Shown in pieces: positions 28,687 to 37,172 of a DNA stretch of 64,000 nt (the stretch's first letter is position 1; each line of letters begins with the position of its first letter). The stretch spans positions 29,998-93,997 of IMG/VR virus record IMGVR_UViG_3300043464_001711; one strand, 5' to 3'. Made by a program: the position numbers and the translations under genes. Source of the DNA: a virus. The notes beneath the pieces were generated by a model. It did no database searches and was not told the DNA's origin. It saw only the letters and a list, made by a program, of their open reading frames with translations.

Positions 28687-31488
28687 ATGGCATCAGACAA
28701 AATATTCGTATCACCAGGTGTGTTTACATCTGAAAAAGATTTAAGTTTTGTAGCACAACAAGTTGGTGTAACCACTTTAGGTGTTGTCGGAGAAACAACC
28801 AAAGGTCCTGCTTTTGAACCAATCTTCATTACAAATTATGAAGAGTTTACGGCAATATTTGGTGGTCTTAACCCTAAAAGATTTGGGGGTGAATCTAGAA
28901 AACCTAAATTTGAATTACCTTATATAGCGAAAAGTTATCTACAACAATCAAACCAAATGTTTGTAACAAGAATTCTTGGTTTAACTGGTTATGATGCTGG
29001 TGACGCTTGGTTACTAACGGCTAGTGCTAACTACGACCCATCAACAATTGGTGTTTCTGTAGCGGCTCAAGATTTTACTTGTAACTTTACAGGTGGGACC
29101 GAGTACTTTAATTTTGCAGGACCAGGAGCTACTGAGGCTGAAGTGTTATTTGATGCAGCATTATTCCCTAATGGGCCAACAAATACTACTGCAACCCCAG
29201 TACCAAATGATACTGTTACATACCCTGAAGGTATCTATTTTGAAAAAGTAGGAACTTCTTTCGTTGGTTATAGTGCTAGTATTGTACAAACAGGTGTTGT
29301 TGGTACAAGTGGTACGTCATCGGGTACTGTAATAACATATTCAGCATCTTCTTACTCAGAATATGAAGGAATGGTATTAGCTATGTTAAGGTCAAGAGGT
29401 GATTATGGTGACGTTAATAATGTTACAGATACTCTTACATATAGAACTTTACAGTCACAATCTGGACTTGTTATGAACCCATTAAATACTGGTACAAACT
29501 CTGAAGCTGATTTTGTATTATCTGCGACAAACAATACTACAAGTGCTATTACTAGATATGATGTTTCTTTAGATACAACTTCTAGAAATTATTTACCTAG
29601 AGTACTTGGTACAGATTTCTTTGATAGAGATGCTTTAGTATTTGTTGAAGAACTTTATCCTAATAAACTAAATGAATTAATTGAAAATGGTTATATTCTT
29701 GGATTAAACACAGGCTTAACCTATACAAATAATTTTGAAAATTACCAACAACAATGGCAAACACCTGAGACACCTTGGGTTGTTTCTGAATTACGTGGTA
29801 ACATTGTACAAAAATTATTTAAGTTTGTATCTATATCTGATGGTACTATGGCAAACAAAGAAATTAAAATTTCAATAGCTAACATTAAACCTGATACAAA
29901 AGAGTTTGACATTATAGTTAGAGATTTTTATGATAATGATACAAGACCTTCAATTATTGAGTCTTTCCGTAAAGTTGTTATGGACCCTTCTAGTAGTAAT
30001 TTTATTGGTAGAAGAATAGGTACAGCCGATGGTGAATTCTCTTTAAGAAGTAGATATATCATGATGGTAACTAACCCTGAATCCCCAATTGACGCATTCC
30101 CAGCGGGTTATGAAGGTTATATCGTTAGAGATTACCCAACAGGAGTTTTAGCACCACAATTAAATTTTAAAACTCAATATGATATTGTAAACGATAATAT
30201 CAGAAAAGTATATTTAGGTTTATCCGATACTGTTGGTATTGATCAAAACATGTTTAACTGGAAAGGTTATACAAATGGAGTTACACCAGCTCAGTGGACA
30301 GCTAGAACAGAAGGATATCACATGGATAGTGGAGCTACAGTAGCTGGTAATTTTGTTGTAGGATGTTGTCCATTTAGAACACTTTCTGGTCTTGAAGGTA
30401 CTTCTTACGAATCTATTCAATCCAGAAAATTCACATTAGCACCTTATTTAGGTTTTGATGGTTGGAACTCTTACAGAACAACTAGAACAAATGAAGATAG
30501 GTATAAAGTTGGTAGAGCCGGATTTGAAAATGGTTTAAATGAAGAAGAATTTAAAATTGTGGGTACTAATGAAGGAACTTCTGACTATTACGCATACTTA
30601 CAAGGTATCCGTACTTTTAGAAATCCTGAAGCGGTTAATATTAACGTATTAGCTACACCTGGTATTGATTATAGTGACAACTCAGAATTAGTTGGTATAA
30701 CAATTGACATGGTTGAAGAAGAAAGGGCAGATTCAGTTTATATCTTAACTTCACCTGAAGGTGTTACTTATAATAGTGTCACACAATTGACTAGTTTAGG
30801 ATTCTCAACGGTAGATGTACCTTCAGCTGACGACATGGTAGGTTTACTTGAAGCAGCCGACATTGATTCTAACTACACAGCCACTTACTGGCCATGGATT
30901 CAATCATTAGATAATGAAAACAATGTTAATGTTTGGTTACCACCTACATATGAAGTAGTACGTAACATCGCTTTAACTGATAACGTATCATTCCCATGGT
31001 TCGCTTCGGCTGGTTATACAAGAGGTCTTACTTCAGCTATCCAAGCTAGAGTTAAATTGACTGAATCAGATAGAGACACTCTTTATGAAGGAAGAATTAA
31101 TCCAATGGCTACATTCTCTGATCAAGGAGTTGTAATTTGGGGTAATAAAAATTTACAAATTAAAGATTCAGCTCTTGATAGATTGAACATTAGAAGATTG
31201 TTACTACAAACAAGAAAATTAATTTCAGCGGTAGCAGTAAGATTGTTATTCGAACAAAACGACCAAATTGTGAGAAACCAATTCTTATCACTTGTTAATC
31301 CAATCTTGGAAAACATTAAGAGAGAAAGAGGTTTGGCTGACTTTAGAGTTGTTCTTTCTAATGACCCTGAAGAAATCGATAGAAATGAATTAAGAGGTAA
31401 AATATTTATCAAACCTGTACCATCACTAGAATTCATAATCTTAGAATTCAATGTAACATCTACAGGAGCTTCTTTCGATAACCTATAA
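28687..31488 (+). CDS. Contractile tail sheath protein
   Basis: VSPGVFTSEKD, GETTKGP, YWPW, PWFASAGYTRG, WGNKNL, RLNIRRLL, FEQND. Confidence 0.95.
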   Translation: MASDKIFVSPGVFTSEKDLSFVAQQVGVTTLGVVGETTKGPAFEPIFITNYEEFTAIFGGLNPKRFGGESRKPKFELPYIAKSYLQQSNQMFVTRILGLTGYDAGDAWLLTASANYDPSTIGVSVAAQDFTCNFTGGTEYFNFAGPGATEAEVLFDAALFPNGPTNTTATPVPNDTVTYPEGIYFEKVGTSFVGYSASIVQTGVVGTSGTSSGTVITYSASSYSEYEGMVLAMLRSRGDYGDVNNVTDTLTYRTLQSQSGLVMNPLNTGTNSEADFVLSATNNTTSAITRYDVSLDTTSRNYLPRVLGTDFFDRDALVFVEELYPNKLNELIENGYILGLNTGLTYTNNFENYQQQWQTPETPWVVSELRGNIVQKLFKFVSISDGTMANKEIKISIANIKPDTKEFDIIVRDFYDNDTRPSIIESFRKVVMDPSSSNFIGRRIGTADGEFSLRSRYIMMVTNPESPIDAFPAGYEGYIVRDYPTGVLAPQLNFKTQYDIVNDNIRKVYLGLSDTVGIDQNMFNWKGYTNGVTPAQWTARTEGYHMDSGATVAGNFVVGCCPFRTLSGLEGTSYESIQSRKFTLAPYLGFDGWNSYRTTRTNEDRYKVGRAGFENGLNEEEFKIVGTNEGTSDYYAYLQGIRTFRNPEAVNINVLATPGIDYSDNSELVGITIDMVEEERADSVYILTSPEGVTYNSVTQLTSLGFSTVDVPSADDMVGLLEAADIDSNYTATYWPWIQSLDNENNVNVWLPPTYEVVRNIALTDNVSFPWFASAGYTRGLTSAIQARVKLTESDRDTLYEGRINPMATFSDQGVVIWGNKNLQIKDSALDRLNIRRLLLQTRKLISAVAVRLLFEQNDQIVRNQFLSLVNPILENIKRERGLADFRVVLSNDPEEIDRNELRGKIFIKPVPSLEFIILEFNVTSTGASFDNL

Positions 31489-31504
31489 GAATAAATAAAT
31501 AACT

Positions 31505-31537
31505 AAAAGGCTCACTAGTAAAGTGGGCCTTTTTTTT
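31505..31537 (+). terminator. Intrinsic terminator
   Basis: AAAAGGCTCACT-AGTAA-AGTGGGCCTTTT followed by a T-run. Confidence 0.9.
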
Positions 31538-31589
31538 ATCAAAAATAACTTTTTCTTAAAAGAAAGATATTTATAATAAAAAAGAAATT

Positions 31590-32147
31590 ATGTCAAAAAT
31601 TATTAATAAAAAACAATTGGACGTTCTTATTGAATCAACACTTAAAGAATGGAATTATAATATGGATTCTCATGGTATGAGTCAGGCAACGGGTGGCTTT
31701 TGTGAAGGAAAATGGGGTGATCCTGAATGTATGAAATATTGGTTAAATACTGGGCATATACATAAAAAAGAATATGATGACTGGGAAGAAAATTATTCAC
31801 AAAAAACGTCTGAAATAAAAGAAGGCAAAGGTACCATGTGTGAATGTGGTGGTATGGTGTATGAAGGAGAATGTAATGAGTGTGGAACTTCATATATGAA
31901 AAAAGGTAAAAAAGAAGAGAAAATAAAAAATCCTGGTAAATATATAAATGGGCCTAGAACAGAAGCCGGAATTGATGATGACGGTGATGGTGTCCCTAAT
32001 CGTGCAGATAAAAAACCTAAAGATGGTAATGTGACAGAAGCTTCAGTTAAAGATTTAGCTGAATCAGTTACAAAAACATTTGACGCATCATTCTTAACAG
32101 AGAATATGGATAACTTTAAAAAGTTAATTAATTACAGAAACAAATAA
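31590..32147 (+). CDS. Hypothetical protein with a zinc ribbon and a DxDxDG motif
   Basis: CECGG...CNECG and DDDGDGVPNRAD. Confidence 0.65.
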   Translation: MSKIINKKQLDVLIESTLKEWNYNMDSHGMSQATGGFCEGKWGDPECMKYWLNTGHIHKKEYDDWEENYSQKTSEIKEGKGTMCECGGMVYEGECNECGTSYMKKGKKEEKIKNPGKYINGPRTEAGIDDDGDGVPNRADKKPKDGNVTEASVKDLAESVTKTFDASFLTENMDNFKKLINYRNK

Positions 32148-32158
32148 AAACTAATAAA

Positions 32159-32815
32159 ATGACAAAAGTAAGATATAAAATCAGAAAAGAACAACTAGAA
32201 AGAGTTGTTGAAAATTTTGTAATGGAATCAGCGATGATTGAAAAGAACGCTGCTAAAAAACACAAAATGTCGATGGGTGCTGAACAAGCTGACGATATGG
32301 GTGAAGGAATGGAAAAAGCTAAAGAAGTTAAAAAAGCTAAAATGAAACAAGCTCCTGAAGTTAAAAAACACATCCACGGAAAAGTTAACGAATCTAGAGT
32401 GTTAAGAGAAAATTCTGAAGAAGAGGCGATGGAATTTTTAAATGATTTAAAAGAAAATGACCCTGAAGCATACGCAAAATTAGAACAATCAGCAAAAAGT
32501 ATTCAAGCAAAATTAGAATCTGGAATGCAAGAAGAAGGATTACGTGATACTTTTAATAGGATAAAGGGTAAAATAGGTGGTGTACTATCTACTATTGGTA
32601 TTGGTGGTTTAGGTGTTTTTGGTAGTAGCCTTGAACAAGCGGCTAAAATGGGTAATTACGCAGTAGATTTGACAGACCCTTTATTTGTTACATCTGTGAT
32701 AGCTCTTTTAACTGGTGGTGGTCTTGTAGCCTCAAAAATACACCAAACAACAAAAGCACAAGAAAAAGAAAGAATGGAAAGAGCTAAGGCTAAATTAAAA
32801 AATAGAAATATATAA
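32159..32815 (+). CDS. Hypothetical protein with two C-terminal hydrophobic segments
   Basis: IGGVLSTIGIGGLGVFG and LFVTSVIALLTGGGLVA. Confidence 0.65.
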   Translation: MTKVRYKIRKEQLERVVENFVMESAMIEKNAAKKHKMSMGAEQADDMGEGMEKAKEVKKAKMKQAPEVKKHIHGKVNESRVLRENSEEEAMEFLNDLKENDPEAYAKLEQSAKSIQAKLESGMQEEGLRDTFNRIKGKIGGVLSTIGIGGLGVFGSSLEQAAKMGNYAVDLTDPLFVTSVIALLTGGGLVASKIHQTTKAQEKERMERAKAKLKNRNI

Positions 32816-32835
32816 ATTTTTTATTTAAAATAAAT

Positions 32836-32860
32836 AAACCCCGTTTAATCGGGGTTTTTT
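32836..32860. terminator. Probable bidirectional terminator
   Basis: AAACCCCG-TTTAAT-CGGGGTTT between convergent genes. Confidence 0.8.
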
Positions 32861-33204
32861 GTTTTATCTAATTTTCTACTTTTTAAAACTATATCACATT
32901 TTTCTTTTGTTATAAGAGCTGATTCTCTAATTTCCTCGGTATAGTTAAAGGCTTTTTTTAAGTAAAAAAACCAGAAAAAAAAGTGTCCAACAAAGGAGGG
33001 GAATAATATTAGTTTAGCAAAAGTTGGTGCTCCAAATAAAAAACAAACAATAGACGGAGACATAAAAATTAAAAAGAAAAGAATAAACATATAGTTTTCG
33101 TTTGAATAAAAAAGAATTCTTTTACACTCTTTTTTAGTTTCCACAATTTCTTCAGTTGAAACATCTTTCCACTTTTCAATAATCATATGTTCTTTATAAT
33201 CCAT
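32845..33204 (-). CDS. Small two-TM membrane protein
   Basis: Two hydrophobic Phe-rich segments. Confidence 0.6.
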   Translation of the reverse strand: MDYKEHMIIEKWKDVSTEEIVETKKECKRILFYSNENYMFILFFLIFMSPSIVCFLFGAPTFAKLILFPSFVGHFFFWFFYLKKAFNYTEEIRESALITKEKCDIVLKSRKLDKTKNPD

Positions 33205-33290
33205 TTTATAATGTATTTAATCAGATTAATATTCTCTTTTTATAAAGATAACAATATTTATCTATATAACTATAAATATTTTAAAAAAAA

Positions 33291-34202
33291 ATGAAAAAAA
33301 TTATCATAACTGAATCACAAGCAAAGTTTTTAAAACAATATCTTAACGAAGAAAGAGATTTAAGATTATACTCATTTGATTGGGATGATAACATATTAAA
33401 CATGCCAACTGAAATTTATCTTAAAGATAATATGGGAAATGTTGTTGGGATGTCCACACATGAATTTGCTGAATACAGACATTTAATAGGTAAAGAACCT
33501 TTTAAATATAAAGGTAAAATGGTTGTGGGTTATGATGAAGACCCTTATAGAGATTTTAAAGATCCAAATGCATTTATTAGAGATGCTAAAATAGCTATAG
33601 AAAATGAAGATTTTGCGCCAAGTATCGGTAAATTTATTGAAGCTTTAATTTACGCTAATCCACTTTCAATTAATACGGCTAGGGGGCACGACCCAAAAGT
33701 TCTTAAAAAAGGTCTTAGATTTTTTATCGATAAAGTTCTTACAGAAGATGAAAAAGAAGAAATGGTTGAAAATATAAAAGACGCTTACCAATACGAAGGT
33801 AATTATCCACAAGACTTTTTAAATAAAATAAATAACCTTAATACCAATCAGTTAATAGATTTTTATTTAGATAGTAGGGTTAAATATTATCCTGTTTCTT
33901 CTGATAAATTTGGTGAGAAGTCTGGGTTACCAGTTACAGGTGGGGCAGCAAACCCTGAATATGCAAAACAAGTAGCTTTATCACATTTCTTACAAACTAA
34001 TTTTGAAGATGTTAAAGATTTAATTAAAGGTGGTAAATATAATAAAATATCTTTAGGTTTTTCGGATGATGACCTTAAAAATGTTAACGCAATGGTAAAT
34101 TTTATTGATAGAGAATTATCAAAAGTATACCCTGAAGTTCACTTTGTTGTTTATGATACATCTGAGGGTGGTAAGAAAAAAATTGTTATTGAAAAAGATT
34201 AA
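33291..34202 (+). CDS. HAD-superfamily phosphatase-like protein
   Basis: FDWDDNI (motif I), INTARG (II), K (III), FSDDDLKN (IV). Confidence 0.75.
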   Translation: MKKIIITESQAKFLKQYLNEERDLRLYSFDWDDNILNMPTEIYLKDNMGNVVGMSTHEFAEYRHLIGKEPFKYKGKMVVGYDEDPYRDFKDPNAFIRDAKIAIENEDFAPSIGKFIEALIYANPLSINTARGHDPKVLKKGLRFFIDKVLTEDEKEEMVENIKDAYQYEGNYPQDFLNKINNLNTNQLIDFYLDSRVKYYPVSSDKFGEKSGLPVTGGAANPEYAKQVALSHFLQTNFEDVKDLIKGGKYNKISLGFSDDDLKNVNAMVNFIDRELSKVYPEVHFVVYDTSEGGKKKIVIEKD

Positions 34203-34203
34203 T

Positions 34204-34323
34204 ATGAAAATAGTTGTACTTATTGTTTTAAGCTTTATTTTATTAGGGTGTAAAACTTCATCTGGTAATCATTGTGACGCTTACGGTAAATTAGAAAACA
34301 AAAATGAAAGAAAAAATTCGTAA
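34204..34323 (+). CDS. 39-aa putative lipoprotein (start revised to ATG 34204)
   Basis: MKIVVLIVLSFILLG-C lipobox followed by KTSSGNHCDAYG. Confidence 0.6.
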   Translation: MKIVVLIVLSFILLGCKTSSGNHCDAYGKLENKNERKNS

Positions 34324-34804
34324 AATATTAAAGGAAGAATCTGAAGAGTTTGATTGGACTAATCAAATAGACCCATTACAATCGTTTGAAGATTATTTTT
34401 ATGGTAAAAGTGGTTACAATACTAGAGATGTTCCAGGTATTTATATTAAGCGTGATAATGGGTGGTGGTCCAATTGGATTCATGAAGTTGAAATGGCTCA
34501 TGCCAGTTTTTTAGATGATGTTAATGAATTAAATGATATGGTACATGACTTGGTTAACCCAACAGACGGTTCAGAAAAATATAAAATGTTAGCTGACGAT
34601 GTTTATTCTTATCTAACCCCATCAAGAAATTTAGGTGGTAGGAGTTATTTATTGGATTTAGCTCTTGAAATTAAAATGGCTTATGACTATTTAGGCCCAT
34701 TTGCTGAAAAAAATAATCTAACTATTTTAGAGACATTAGATATTTTTAAACAGTGGTTGGGTAAAATGAAAAAAGAAGGTAAACCTTTACATGAAAAATT
34801 ATGA
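34304..34804 (+). CDS. Hypothetical protein with IRKILKEE...FDW leader
   Basis: 166-aa ORF. Confidence 0.65.
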   Translation: MKEKIRKILKEESEEFDWTNQIDPLQSFEDYFYGKSGYNTRDVPGIYIKRDNGWWSNWIHEVEMAHASFLDDVNELNDMVHDLVNPTDGSEKYKMLADDVYSYLTPSRNLGGRSYLLDLALEIKMAYDYLGPFAEKNNLTILETLDIFKQWLGKMKKEGKPLHEKL

Positions 34805-35349
34805 AAAATTTAATTAAAAAAATATTAAAAGAGGATTTTGATTGGATAACTGATATACCACCATTTATTGAGATTACTGAACCCGTATCACAAAAAAACC
34901 CAAGAGATGTTTTTAGATTACATTGGGCCAATGGTCATGGTGAAGATAGCGGTACTTGGTCCGATAGTTGGTACAACTTTACAAATGATTCTAATGGAAG
35001 TGAACAATTAATCAGATATGTTAAAATTTTACAAAATGGATTTAACTCTTCTGGTTATTTCAGCCTTGAAAAATTAATAGATTTATATTTAGATGGTGGT
35101 CATGATTATATTGTAACTAATTGGATGAGGGGTGAGTTATCTAAAATACCTACAAATGGTTTTGGTGAAGATACTATATATAATGAAAAAAGAGATTCCT
35201 TAGATGAAATGTTAAAAGATGACCTATATGATATGGGTATTTTATCTTACGATTCTTATAGTGGTGATTATGCAACAGTAGAAAGGTGGTGGATTACTTA
35301 TTTTGATGAGTATGGGGTTGAATTTGAAACAAAAATTAATAGAATATAA
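34801..35349 (+). CDS. Hypothetical protein with IKKILKEDFDW leader
   Basis: 182-aa ORF; ATGA overlap with the upstream stop. Confidence 0.65.
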   Translation: MKNLIKKILKEDFDWITDIPPFIEITEPVSQKNPRDVFRLHWANGHGEDSGTWSDSWYNFTNDSNGSEQLIRYVKILQNGFNSSGYFSLEKLIDLYLDGGHDYIVTNWMRGELSKIPTNGFGEDTIYNEKRDSLDEMLKDDLYDMGILSYDSYSGDYATVERWWITYFDEYGVEFETKINRI

Positions 35350-35378
35350 AAAAAAGGGAGTCTTAAACTCCCTTTTTA
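35350..35378. terminator. Bidirectional terminator
   Basis: AAAAAGGGAGT-CTTAA-ACTCCCTTTTT. Confidence 0.85.
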
Positions 35379-35425
35379 TTTTTATCAGGTTTACCAATAA
35401 CCTCATCAATAATACCGTAATTTTT
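35363..35425 (-). pseudogene. Orphan clpP 3'-end remnant
   Basis: Minus frame reads KNYGIIDEVIGKPDKNKKGV*, matching the ClpP C-terminal consensus (YG[IL]ID). Confidence 0.65.
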
Positions 35426-35479
35426 TCAATACCACCAGGATTTTAACTGGTTTTAATAATATTTATATTAAAAAAGAAT

Positions 35480-36367
35480 ATGGATGGTAAAACTTTTATA
35501 TATGGTTTATATAATATAAATGACGTAAAAAAAGAAATAAGATATATAGGTAAAGCTGATAACCCTGAATATCGTTTAAAAAGACACAAAAACAATACTT
35601 TATACAATAAAAAAATAAATAAGAAATTAACCCATAAAGAAAATTGGATAATTGATTGTGATTACAATATAGATTATATCATTATCAGTGAGTGTAGTAT
35701 CACTGATTGGGTTGAATTAGAAAAAAATCTAATAAAAAATTATCCAAATTTAACAAACACTGCTAATGGTGGTGAAGGTGGTTCAGGTATAAAATATAAA
35801 ATAACCTACGAAGAATGTAAAAAATGGGTAAAAGAAAATGTTAAAGTTAAATCTAAAACGGATTGGTCTAACAAATTAAAATTATTACCAGATTACATAC
35901 CAAAAAACCCTAACCAAAGGTATAAAAATGATGGTTGGGTTAGTTGGGGTGACTTTTTAGGTACCAATACAGTTAGTGATAACTATGTTAATTATTTAAA
36001 CTATGATGAAGCTAAAAAAACAATAAATTTATTGAATATTAAAAAAGTTATAGATTATAAAATTTTAGCTAAAGAAGGTAAAATACCACACAATATACCA
36101 AATAGACCTAATAGGTATTATGAAAATCGTGGTTGGTTGGGGTGGTCAGACTTTTTAGGGTGTGATATTATTGCTAATCAAAATAAGAAATTTTTTAATT
36201 TAGAAGAATTCAAAATAAATATTAAAAAATTAAACATTAAAAAAATGTCTGAATATAAAAAATATTGTTTAAGTGGTAGTAGGGATGGGAGAATGCCAAC
36301 TAACCCTCTTACAGTCTACCGTAGAGAAGATAAGAAAGTTAGTTGGCTAGATATTATTACCCCTTAA
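35480..36367 (+). mobile_element. Free-standing GIY-YIG homing endonuclease
   Basis: FIYGLY...IRYIGKA...R...E...LTN; three C-terminal PxxPxxxY...W..W.D repeats. Confidence 0.85.
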
Positions 36368-37109
36368 TTATTTTTTGGTAATATTTATCAAACCCTGTTA
36401 AATATTTATCCATACCATTTTTAACTTTATTATCTGAATATAAAACTTCGTCAATTAATCCGAATTTTAATATTTCTTCAGCGTTAAACCATTTATCACG
36501 ATGTGCTGTAGAAATAACCTCATCAAAAGATTTACCACAATATTCAGCTAACATATTAAAAAGAACATAATTATATTTTTCACTTTCAAGATGATTGATT
36601 CTATTATCAGCCACATGCCCTCTAGTTCCAGAAGACACTTGATGTATCATTACTCTTGAAAAGGGAAGAGAACTTCTCATACCTTTTGTTCCGGCCCCTA
36701 ATAAAACTGAACCCATTGATGCCGCCATCCCTGTGTTAATTGTTTGAATTGGGTTGGGGATATAATTCATAACATCAATAATAGATAGACCACTAGAAAC
36801 ACTTCCGCCAGGTGTGTCTACATGCAAAGTAATAGTTTTCTTAGGGTCTTGTTGGGATAAGAAAAGAAGTTGTGCCTGTACAACAACAGCCATTCTATCA
36901 TTCACAGGTCCAGCACACCAAATAATACGATCCATCATCAATCTATCAAATACACTCATAATAGCAACATTTAGTTGTCTTTCTTCAATAATTGAAGGTG
37001 TGATTGATGATTCAATGTTTGGAACAATAGATTGGAAATTTTGGTATCCGTGTAGGGTATGTGAACCAATACCCATGTGCTTTACAGCGTACTTATCAAA
37101 TTCGGTCAT
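36357..37109 (-). CDS. clpP: Clp protease proteolytic subunit (start revised to ATG 37109)
   Basis: SVFDRLMMDRII, TPGGSV; catalytic triad in AASMG, MIHQ and RDKWF. Confidence 0.93.
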   Translation of the reverse strand: MTEFDKYAVKHMGIGSHTLHGYQNFQSIVPNIESSITPSIIEERQLNVAIMSVFDRLMMDRIIWCAGPVNDRMAVVVQAQLLFLSQQDPKKTITLHVDTPGGSVSSGLSIIDVMNYIPNPIQTINTGMAASMGSVLLGAGTKGMRSSLPFSRVMIHQVSSGTRGHVADNRINHLESEKYNYVLFNMLAEYCGKSFDEVISTAHRDKWFNAEEILKFGLIDEVLYSDNKVKNGMDKYLTGFDKYYQKIIKG

Positions 37110-37172
37110 GTTTAAAATTTTTAATGTTTTTTTTCTTAAAACAAGAATATTTATAATAAAACAATTTGTCAA

